In this document: piece after piece, positions 51,583 to 59,294 of the stretch
Layout: every line of letters begins with the position of its first letter
Numbering within the stretch: the first letter of the stretch is position 1
Origin: Candidatus Kerfeldbacteria bacterium
GTDB taxonomy: Bacteria; Patescibacteriota; Patescibacteriia; SBBC01; CAIJZX01
Length of the DNA: 64,000 bases
Direction of reading: 5' to 3'
NCBI GenBank assembly: GCA_016193315.1
Contig: JACPSJ010000001.1
Span: forward strand, 219,981 to 283,980
Translations under genes and position numbers: made by a program
Notes under the pieces: model-generated
Told to the model about the DNA's origin: nothing
Seen by the model: only the letters and a program-made list of their open reading frames with translations
Databases searched by the model: none

Positions 51583-52827
51583 ATGACCCCCACCCTCCGC
51601 CGCATACTCCTGATCGCCGCTTTCGTCCTCGTGACCCTGGCGTTCTTCTACGTCATTTACCTCGTGTTCTTCAAGCCGACGCCGATTGTGCCGGTCAACA
51701 ATGGAGTGGGGAACGTCAACGGCTTGCCGACGGTTGGCAACGGCAACGTCAATCGGGTCGGCTTGCCGAACGCTAATGCCCTGCCAATCGTCAATGCCGT
51801 ACCCCCTGGCCAGCAGCCTTCCAACGTGGCTGAAGGCGGGCTGACCATCACCGACACGGTCGTGCCCGGGGCGTCGAGCGATCTGACCGTCGGCGGCAAA
51901 GGCTTGCGGTTCTACGACCGCGACCGCGGGCAGTTTTACGAACTCAGTCCGGACGGCACGACCAAGACGCTCTTGACGGACGACGTCTATCGCAGCGTCA
52001 GCGATATCGATTGGTCGCCCAACGGGCAACAAGCCATCCTGTCCTTTCCCGATAACTCAAAGGTGCTCTATGACTTCGAAGCCAAAAAGCAAACCACCCT
52101 GCCTCGTGAACTCAACGATTTCTTCTTCTCACCGCAATCGGACCAGATCGTCTCCAAGTTTTTGAACCCGACCAACGCCGACGATCAGTGGCTGCTGGTC
52201 AGTCGACCGGACGGGTCGCAGTCGGAAACGGTCGAGCACCTGGGGGAAAACGCCAGCCGCGTGACGACCGCCTGGTCGCCGAATAACCAAATCATCGCCA
52301 CCTACCGAAGGTCGACGACCGGAGAGCTATCGGAAATCATTTTTTTGGGCGCCAAGGGCGAGAATTTCCGTTCCGCCACCATCGAGGGCAAAGGGTTCAC
52401 GCCGCTCTGGTCACCGGATGGTCGCCGCCTGCTGTACAGTGCCTACAGCCCGAATACGAATGACAATCCCCACCTCTACATCATGGACGGTTCGCCGGAC
52501 AGTCTGGGCACAAACCTGGTCGATCTTGGCCTCGATACCACCGCTGACAAATGCGCCTTCTCGCAAAGCGCCTACACGATCTACTGCGCCGTGCCGTATT
52601 ACTTGAACGCCGGTTCCGGGCCGCAGCCGGAGCTGTCGGCCGGGGTGCCCGACAACATTTACCGTGTTGATCTGCTCAGCGGCTCAGCCGAAATTATTGC
52701 TCGGCCGGTGGATCGGAACGGCAACCAGCGCTTCAGCGCCGCGAACCTGCGATTGTCTCCCCGAGAAGATCTGCTGTATTTCGTTGACGCCGCGACCGGA
52801 ACGATTCAGAAAATTCAACTCCGCTAG
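51583..52827 (+). CDS. Membrane-anchored TolB-like beta-propeller protein
   Basis: WSPNG, FSPQS, WSPNN, WSPDG repeats. Confidence 0.8.
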   Translation: MTPTLRRILLIAAFVLVTLAFFYVIYLVFFKPTPIVPVNNGVGNVNGLPTVGNGNVNRVGLPNANALPIVNAVPPGQQPSNVAEGGLTITDTVVPGASSDLTVGGKGLRFYDRDRGQFYELSPDGTTKTLLTDDVYRSVSDIDWSPNGQQAILSFPDNSKVLYDFEAKKQTTLPRELNDFFFSPQSDQIVSKFLNPTNADDQWLLVSRPDGSQSETVEHLGENASRVTTAWSPNNQIIATYRRSTTGELSEIIFLGAKGENFRSATIEGKGFTPLWSPDGRRLLYSAYSPNTNDNPHLYIMDGSPDSLGTNLVDLGLDTTADKCAFSQSAYTIYCAVPYYLNAGSGPQPELSAGVPDNIYRVDLLSGSAEIIARPVDRNGNQRFSAANLRLSPREDLLYFVDAATGTIQKIQLR

Positions 52828-52829
52828 CG

Positions 52830-53756
52830 ATGGGTCGCTGGCTGATCGTCCTGTGGCTGGCCGGTTGGGCGACCGGGGTGACCGCTCAGTCCGACATACC
52901 GCTCGTTCCCGAACCAAAAGCCATTGATTTCAAGCCGGAGGTGCCGCTGCCGACATTTGCCGGCGGACCGATCAGCGCCGCCACCTTTGCCGAGTACATC
53001 CGCGCGGTGTTTGTGGCTTTTGTCTGGATCGTCGGTATTCTAGCCGTGGTGATGGTCGTCTACGGCGGGGTCAAGTGGGTGGCCGCCGCCGGCAATCCCG
53101 GGCGGATCACCGACGCGCGGGAAACAGTCAACAGCGCCATCATCGGGCTGATCATTGCCTTGGTATCAGTCGTGCTGCTCAACCTGATCAGCCCCCGCCT
53201 GACCCAATTTCCCGGTCTGACCCTGTTGTCGGTCAAAGGAACGCCCTTAGAATTTGACAACGTCGTCGGCATCCACGGCGAAGGCCAAGCTGGGCAGGCG
53301 TGCAACTTGCATACCGACAAATCCTGCCAGCTATTCAATGTGACGATGAGCTGGCCGGTTAGTAACGTCACGGAGCGCGGGATTAGCAGCCCGATCGGGC
53401 CCCGGCGGGTCGTGGGCGCAGCCAGCGCCTCGTCCTGCCACCCGGGCACCGATTTTAAGACCGATCGTCAAACCGGCAAAGAAGTTCGAGCCATGCACAG
53501 CGGAACGATTCGTCTCGATCCCAGGCGGCCGTGTAATGAAGCGGCACTGTTTGTGGACGGCGATGGGTTCTCCACGCGCTACGTTCACATCTCCAGTGTG
53601 GCGGTGCGGGAAGGTCAAAAGGTCCGCCCGGGTGATCTAATCGGTTACAGTGGCGGCGACCCCAAAGTGGCCGGCAACTGCAGTTCCGCGCCGCACCTGC
53701 ACGTCGAGCTCTACATTCTCAACCGGCTGGCTGATGTCGCGGCCTGTATTGACTAG
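52830..53756 (+). CDS. VirB2/TrbC-like pilin fused to an M23 peptidase
   Basis: Pilin motif YGGVKWVAAAGNPGRITDARE; HPGTD, YVH, IGYSG, PHLHVE. Confidence 0.82.
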   Translation: MGRWLIVLWLAGWATGVTAQSDIPLVPEPKAIDFKPEVPLPTFAGGPISAATFAEYIRAVFVAFVWIVGILAVVMVVYGGVKWVAAAGNPGRITDARETVNSAIIGLIIALVSVVLLNLISPRLTQFPGLTLLSVKGTPLEFDNVVGIHGEGQAGQACNLHTDKSCQLFNVTMSWPVSNVTERGISSPIGPRRVVGAASASSCHPGTDFKTDRQTGKEVRAMHSGTIRLDPRRPCNEAALFVDGDGFSTRYVHISSVAVREGQKVRPGDLIGYSGGDPKVAGNCSSAPHLHVELYILNRLADVAACID

Positions 53757-53917
53757 AACTCATTTCAAAACCTCATTTTGGCTGCCAGGCCCGGTTTCGG
53801 GCTGCGGCTGGCGGCTCGGGCTCAGTGTATCTCCAATACATTTCACCCTCCGCCGCAGCGCCTCGCCCGCGAAACCGACCATTTCACCATGAAAGCAGGT
53901 TTTGAAATGAGTTCTAG
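53753..53917. mobile_element. 165-bp MITE-like element
   Basis: Perfect 21-bp terminal IR CTAGAACTCATTTCAAAACCT, with CTAG at both ends; internal hairpins; no coding capacity. Confidence 0.8.
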
Positions 53918-53919
53918 GC

Positions 53920-55989
53920 CTATTCGCGGTGGAAGGCGAGACCATGATGGTCGGAGTTCGGAATCAACTGTGGGACAAGGCCCGAACGGTGGGCGATGAT
54001 ATCGCGCGCGGCCAGGCGCGCCGCCTCCATCAGCGCCGTGTCTAGCAAGGTGGCCAACTGCCAATCCGGCAGCCCGGACTGGCGTAACCCGTAAAGGTCG
54101 CCGCCGCCGCGCAGCTCAAGATCTAATTCGGCCAAGCGATAGCCGTCGTCGATCTTAGCTACCCGATGCAAACGATCGAGCATGGCTTCACTTGTCTGGT
54201 CGGTGACGAGAAAACAGCGACTCGGTCGAGAGCCGCGTCCGACCCGGCCGCGAAGTTGATGGAGCTGGGCCAACCCGAATCGTTCCGCCCCTTCGATGAT
54301 CATCAGCGTCGCGTTGGGGACGTCAATGCCGACCTCAATGACCGTGGTGCTGACCAGGAGGTCAAGCTGGTGTTGTCGAAACCGTTGCAGGATCTGGAGA
54401 CGCTCGTTGGCCGGCAATGATCCGTGGAGTAGGCCGATCCGCAGTTTCGGCCAGGCGGCGGTCAGCCGTTCGGCCTCGCTGGTGGCGGCTCGGACTCCGA
54501 GCGCATCCGATTCGACGATCAGGGGAGTAATGACGAAGACCTGCTCACCGCGGCCGACGGTTTCCGTGGTCACTCGATCGACCTGGGCTCGACCAGCCGG
54601 TCCGATGACCGTGGTCGGGATCGGCTGGCGACCAACCGGTTTGTGTCGGAGCGCGGAAATGCTGAGCTGACCGGTTAAAAACAAAGCCAGCGTTCGGGGG
54701 ATGGGCGTGGCGGTCAGACTGAGGAAGTGCGGCATTGGCTGGCCGGCGGCAATTTGCCGTTCCAGAAGTTGTTGACGCTGCTGAACCCCAAACCGCTGCT
54801 GTTCGTCAATGATCACCAAGCCGAGACGGTGCCAGCCAACAGTTTCCGCTAGCAGGGCGTGGGTGGCGACGACGAGATTGATGGTGCCGGACTGCAATCG
54901 CGCGGTGAAATCCGACCGACTGATCGGGCCACGCTGGCCGGCGAGGCGCAGCCCGCTGCTTGACAGGAACCCAACGCTCGCGTGTTCAGCCGGCAACAAC
55001 GTGCTCAGGGTTTGCCAATGCTGTTCAGCCAGCACCACCGTCGGCGCCAGCCAGGCGACCTGCCAGCCGCCAAGAACGGCGTTGAAGGCGGCCATCGCCG
55101 CCACCAAGGTTTTCCCCGAGCCGACGTCGCCTTGGAGCAGTCGGGCCATCGGTTCGGTCCGCTGCAGGTCCTGAAGTATTTGCCAGGCCGCTAAACGCTG
55201 GTCATGGGTGAGGGGAAACGGCAATTGGCGGACAAAGGCCCGGATGTCTGCCTGGCGGAAGGGAATGGTTGGCGCGGGGTGGCGCTGGCTGAGCGTCGCC
55301 GCATGCTGCCAGCGCAGCTGCCAGGCCAGGAGCTCATCGAATTTCAAACGGCGAACCGCCGCCGCGGCGGCTTCGGGCGAGGTGGGAAAATGAATTTGCC
55401 TGAGCGCCTCGGCTCGCTCGCTCAAGTCAAGTGACTGGCGTATGTCAGCCGGCAGCGTCTCCGGCACCAGGCTGATGAGGGCTACGGCCTGCTTCATCAC
55501 CCGGCGGATTTGCCATTGCGATAGCCCAGCTGTCGACGGGTAGACTGGTACCAGTTTCTCGTGGCTGGGATTAGCGGTCGGTCGTTCGTAGAACGGGTTT
55601 TGGAGTTGGAGTTTGCCTTGCTTGGTCCGGCTGACGCGACCGGATAAATACAACCACTGCCCGATTTTGAACCAGGTCGCTAAGTACGGCTGGTTGAACC
55701 AGACCACGGCCAGCCGCCCGCCGGTACGGTCGGTGACCACGGCTTCAGTCACGTTCATCCGCCGGCGCCAAGCCGGTCTGGCCTTGATCGAACTGATTTG
55801 CCCGACCACCGTCACTTCCTGGCCGACGGTCAGCCGGTCAATGCTCACCCGCTGGCGAAAATCCTGGTGGCGGATTGGAAAATGAAACAGGGCATCTTGC
55901 AGAGTGGTTAAACCCAAGGACGTGAATTTCTCGGCGATCTCTGGACGGACGCCGCGCAATGACTTGATTGGTGTCAGGAGCGAGGGCAT
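53920..55989 (-). CDS. recG: ATP-dependent DNA helicase RecG
   Basis: LLQGDVGSGKT, IIDEQQRFG, TATPIPRTL, QLHQLRGRVGRG; start set at ATG 55989. Confidence 0.95.
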   Translation of the reverse strand: MPSLLTPIKSLRGVRPEIAEKFTSLGLTTLQDALFHFPIRHQDFRQRVSIDRLTVGQEVTVVGQISSIKARPAWRRRMNVTEAVVTDRTGGRLAVVWFNQPYLATWFKIGQWLYLSGRVSRTKQGKLQLQNPFYERPTANPSHEKLVPVYPSTAGLSQWQIRRVMKQAVALISLVPETLPADIRQSLDLSERAEALRQIHFPTSPEAAAAAVRRLKFDELLAWQLRWQHAATLSQRHPAPTIPFRQADIRAFVRQLPFPLTHDQRLAAWQILQDLQRTEPMARLLQGDVGSGKTLVAAMAAFNAVLGGWQVAWLAPTVVLAEQHWQTLSTLLPAEHASVGFLSSSGLRLAGQRGPISRSDFTARLQSGTINLVVATHALLAETVGWHRLGLVIIDEQQRFGVQQRQQLLERQIAAGQPMPHFLSLTATPIPRTLALFLTGQLSISALRHKPVGRQPIPTTVIGPAGRAQVDRVTTETVGRGEQVFVITPLIVESDALGVRAATSEAERLTAAWPKLRIGLLHGSLPANERLQILQRFRQHQLDLLVSTTVIEVGIDVPNATLMIIEGAERFGLAQLHQLRGRVGRGSRPSRCFLVTDQTSEAMLDRLHRVAKIDDGYRLAELDLELRGGGDLYGLRQSGLPDWQLATLLDTALMEAARLAARDIIAHRSGLVPQLIPNSDHHGLAFHRE

Positions 55990-56033
55990 ACCTGTATTGT
56001 AGCAAAAGCACCGCGAAAGACCCTGCCTCAACC

Positions 56034-56062
56034 TTGTTTTTTTGGTCGACTTCTGGTACAAT
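56034..56062 (+). promoter_or_regulatory. Promoter of the tRNA cluster
   Basis: TTGTTT-17 nt-TACAAT with extended TG. Confidence 0.65.
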
Positions 56063-56135
56063 AGCGCGGTTAGAATTACGGTCTGACCCCCGCGGAGTAT
56101 CAGGAGTAGCATTAGTGGTCAGAATCATGACTCAC

Positions 56136-56447
56136 GCGCCCGTAGCTCAGTCCGGATAGAGCATCACCCCGTAATGACTCGTCAAGACAAGCTTGACTCG
56201 TCCACGGGGCACGGCTTGCGGACCCCGTACAACCTCGCTACGTTCAGTCTACGGGGCCAGGCGGAAGAAGACCCTTTTTCGCTGAGCGTCCCTATAGCTC
56301 AGTCCGGATAGAGCGTCAGCTTGCGGAGCTGAAGGTCGCAGGTTCAAATCCTGCTGGGGACGCTCAGCGAAAAAAGAGGCAGGCTTGTCCCGTGGATTCT
56401 AGCGGAGCGAGGATCTATAGGGGATTCAAATCCTGTCGGGCGCGCCA
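56136..56447 (+). pseudogene. Interrupted outer tRNA-Arg(GCG)
   Basis: 5' part GCGCCCG TA GCTC..GAGC; anticodon piece GGCTTGCGGA at 56213-56222; GCAGG|TTCAAATCCTGT CGGGCGC G CCA; split by hairpins and an inner tRNA. Confidence 0.7.
56288..56362 (+). tRNA. tRNA-Arg(GCG), intact inner copy, no encoded CCA
   Basis: Cloverleaf GTCCCTA/TGGGGAC, TCAGC-TTGCGGA-GCTGA, GCAGG-TTCAAAT-CCTGC. Confidence 0.92.
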
Positions 56448-56448
56448 G

Positions 56449-56810
56449 GGAAGGGTGGCCGAGTGGGTTGCGGCGGGGTGCGAACGCAAAGCAAATGAAC
56501 TGCTTCATTTGCGTCCCGCCGCAACGGGCGCGGCCATGTTCCGGAGGAACGAACGCGCCCAGGAAGAAAAATTTGGATTGAACCGGCGACCTTAAAAAAC
56601 GATCAACCGAGCAGCTCCTGGCGGAGAGGTGGCCGAGTGGCTGAAGGCAGCGGTTTGCTAAACCGTTATATGGTCAAAAGCCGTATCGTGGGTTCGAATC
56701 CCACCCTCTCCGCCAGGAGCTGGTGGATAATACTGAATGTATTAGGGACGGTTTGCTAAACCTTGGTGCCGCAAGGCGCCTCGTGGGTTCGAATCCCACC
56801 CCTTCCGCCA
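56449..56810 (+). pseudogene. Interrupted outer tRNA-Ser(GCT)
   Basis: 5' GGAAGGGTGGCCGAGTGG at 56449-56466 pairs with 3' CCCTTCC G CCA at 56810; anticodon-to-3' part at 56748-56810. Confidence 0.72.
56623..56715 (+). tRNA. tRNA-Ser(GCT), intact inner copy
   Basis: GGAGAGG/CCTCTCC, GCGGT-TTGCTAA-ACCGT, long variable arm, CCA. Confidence 0.95.
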
Positions 56811-56963
56811 CGACCAACGAAGGTGAGGAGTGGCGACCTGTGCGCCGAAGGGCGCACGCGGAATGCGGCGGGATTCGAAGGGTTGGAGCGAGCTAGTCGC
56901 GTCGGGCGCGACGCGGCGAGCGATCGACGAGCCGCCGGTGGCGGGTCGTCGCAACCCAGGAAA

Positions 56964-56983
56964 GAATCCCACCCCTTCCGCCA
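56964..56983 (+). repeat. 20-bp direct repeat of the tRNA-Ser 3' end
   Basis: GAATCCCACCCCTTCCGCCA is identical to 56791-56810. Confidence 0.9.
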
Positions 56984-57047
56984 GTTCGTATGTAGCGCGG
57001 AGCCGCGCGATAGTGGTTGGATCGGGCAGCCTTGTCCCGCCGATGGC

Positions 57048-57284
57048 GGAGAGTTGGCTGAGTGGTTTAAGGCGGCGGTCTCGTCACCGCACCGGAGCGG
57101 AGGGGTGGCTGAGTGGTCGAAAGCGACGGTCTTGAAAACCGTTAGACCTTCACGGGTCTCGTGAGTTCGAATCTCACCCCCTCCGCCCTGGTGCGGGATC
57201 CCGTCTATTTTCTTTGATATTATAGGGGCGGGAAAAACCGCTAAACCTGCAAAGGTTTCGTAGGTTCGAATCCTAACGCCTCCG
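57048..57284 (+). pseudogene. Interrupted outer tRNA-Ser (probably CGA)
   Basis: 5' half 57048-57083 ends GCGGTCTCG; 3' half from 57234 reads AAAACCGC..GTAGGTTCGAATCCTA; the 3' acceptor strand is degenerate. Confidence 0.68.
57099..57185 (+). tRNA. tRNA-Ser(TGA), intact inner copy, no encoded CCA
   Basis: GGAGGGG/CCCCTCC, ACGGT-CTTGAAA-ACCGT, variable arm, GTGAG-TTCGAAT-CTCAC. Confidence 0.94.
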
Positions 57285-57296
57285 CTCCCGTCATGA

Positions 57297-57525
57297 GTCT
57301 TGTCCCTCAGAGCCGGATCCGGCTTCGCCGTAAAAACCGTCAGTCATGAAAAGGTCTCGTGGGTTCTCCGCCTCCGTTCTCCCTGCAACATCGGGCGGAT
57401 CCGCCGCAGCTTAAAAAAAAAGCGGAGGCGGAGAATCTCACCCCTCTGCTTTGTTCGCGGATCCCGCTAACCTTTGATTCTCTAAAATAAGAAGCGGGGA
57501 AAACCGTAAAAACATACAGGGACAA
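57297..57525 (+). pseudogene. Degenerate, hairpin-interrupted copy of tRNA-Ser(TGA) 3' part and its downstream flank
   Basis: GTCTTG|AAAACCGT..GGTCTCGTGGGTTC|GAATCTCACCCCTCTG, then GGATCCCG..GCGGGGAAAACCG echoing 57195-57240. Confidence 0.55.
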
Positions 57526-57682
57526 CTGAACTACTAATCCCTTTTTCCACAATTTATAAATCGAATGTCTAAGATCCCAGATGACCACGAAGCGAGTCCT
57601 TCGGGACAACCGCCTCCGCAAAAAACTGGCGTTGTGCGTCACGAAATCGATGCGAGAGATGTCAACCTAGTTTGACGGCTCG

Positions 57683-58591
57683 ATGACCAGAATTGTGGTG
57701 ACGCAGAATCTTGGCCTTAGTCTCGATCAGGTTGGGCGCTTGAGAAAATTAGGCCAAGTTAAGACTTACGATCGTCTGGCCAAGTCGCCGGAGGAGTGGT
57801 TGAAACGTTGCGCCGGCGCGGACATTATTTGTACCGGGAAATTTGGGCTGCGCGACAAAATTTACGAACTCCAGAACGTCTTTATAGCGGTCCCGTTCGT
57901 TGGCGTCGGGTGGATAGACCAAGAAAAAATCAAACAACGCAACATCAAAGTCGCGAACGCACCCGGGAGCAACAAGGACGCCGTGGCTGAATGGATAACA
58001 TACATGATACTCAGTCTTTTCAGGCGGTTCCCGGTATTTGTCAATGCGAAGAAGCGGCAATGGGGCGACATTCCAGACGCCACGAGCAGCCTAACCGGCA
58101 AAACGGTAACGATTCTTGGACGGGGGAATATCGGCACTCGGGTCGGCAAGCTCTGCCAAGTCTTCGACATGGACGTGAAGTACTTTACCCGGGGAGAAAA
58201 TCTCTACCACGTCATTCGTGACGCTGATGTCGTTGTCGACTGCCTTAGTCTTAACCCCAGCACCAGGGGGCTGCTTGATAGAGAATTCTTCCAGCACATG
58301 AAGCGCGGCGCCTTTTTCATCACCCCCACCGGTAAAGAAATTTGGGATGTAGACGCATTATTTGAGGCCTTGGATAAGGGCCCCCTCAAGGGCGCGGCGA
58401 CTGATGCTGGGAGCGTGCAAGTGGGCAATATCGAGGACGATTTCTACCAGCGGCTGCTCAGCCATCCTAAGTTATTGGTTACACCGCACATCGCGTACAA
58501 TACGGACATCACCAACCGGGTTGGCGGCGACATGATGATCAGCAATATTAGGGCTTGGCTAAATGGCAAACCCACTAACCTATACACATAG
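57683..58591 (+). CDS. D-isomer-specific 2-hydroxyacid dehydrogenase
   Basis: VANAPGSN..AVAE, ILGRGNIG, MKRGAFFI, VTPHIA. Confidence 0.88.
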   Translation: MTRIVVTQNLGLSLDQVGRLRKLGQVKTYDRLAKSPEEWLKRCAGADIICTGKFGLRDKIYELQNVFIAVPFVGVGWIDQEKIKQRNIKVANAPGSNKDAVAEWITYMILSLFRRFPVFVNAKKRQWGDIPDATSSLTGKTVTILGRGNIGTRVGKLCQVFDMDVKYFTRGENLYHVIRDADVVVDCLSLNPSTRGLLDREFFQHMKRGAFFITPTGKEIWDVDALFEALDKGPLKGAATDAGSVQVGNIEDDFYQRLLSHPKLLVTPHIAYNTDITNRVGGDMMISNIRAWLNGKPTNLYT

Positions 58592-58622
58592 TCGTTTTTG
58601 ACATCGACTCGCATCGATCGAA

Positions 58623-59144
58623 ATGGCGAAGTCAGTTCTCGTAACCGGCATTTCTGGCTCAGGTAAGTCATCTATTTGCCACGAACTCCTCAGGCGTGGC
58701 TTCTCGGCCATGAGCTTGGATGCTGTGCCGGGCCTGTGTTACGCCCGGGACAGAACCACCGGACGAATCATTCATCAACCACGCAATGACTTGGTGTCTG
58801 TCATGCAGCGGGACTGGATTTGCGATCGAGGGCGTCTACAGAAACTGATTGGCCAGACTCTGCGGGACCCAACTTTCTATTGCGGAATCGCTTCCAACAT
58901 GAATGAACTTCTGTCACTGTTTGACCAAGTATTCTTGCTGGTCGCCAGCCCAAAAACCATTCGACTTCGATTAGCGATGCGAACCAATAATGATTTTGGT
59001 CATGATCCGGCAGTTCAAGATTGGATTGTCGGCTGGAAAGATTCATGGGAAGGTCAAGTCCAGAAGAACGGGGCGGTTAGCACCAATGCCGATCGGCCGG
59101 TTGATCGAGTCGCGGATGAAATTATTCAAAACAGCAAGCCGTGA
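58623..59144 (+). CDS. P-loop nucleoside/nucleotide kinase-like protein
   Basis: VTGISGSGKSS, FDQVFLL, RL..RTNNDFG. Confidence 0.75.
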   Translation: MAKSVLVTGISGSGKSSICHELLRRGFSAMSLDAVPGLCYARDRTTGRIIHQPRNDLVSVMQRDWICDRGRLQKLIGQTLRDPTFYCGIASNMNELLSLFDQVFLLVASPKTIRLRLAMRTNNDFGHDPAVQDWIVGWKDSWEGQVQKNGAVSTNADRPVDRVADEIIQNSKP

Positions 59145-59294
59145 GCCGACGCACCGATAATACACAACCAGGCCAGTTTAGGGCCGTGATGTTGTTTTGA
59201 ACGGGAGGTTTCATCAGCGGCCGAAAGCCATCGACAACAGTCTCCCAGGGCGTCGAGCTTCCGGTTGGTGGGGCCTGTATGCTATCATGCTGTC

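Noticed and set aside
56136-57284. Group I or II introns in the tRNAs
   Set aside because: The inserts are short and largely occupied by a tRNA and simple hairpins; no P7 core or domain V is recognisable
56392-57642. Short ORFs across the tRNA region
   Set aside because: They overlap tRNAs and hairpins and lack protein-like composition
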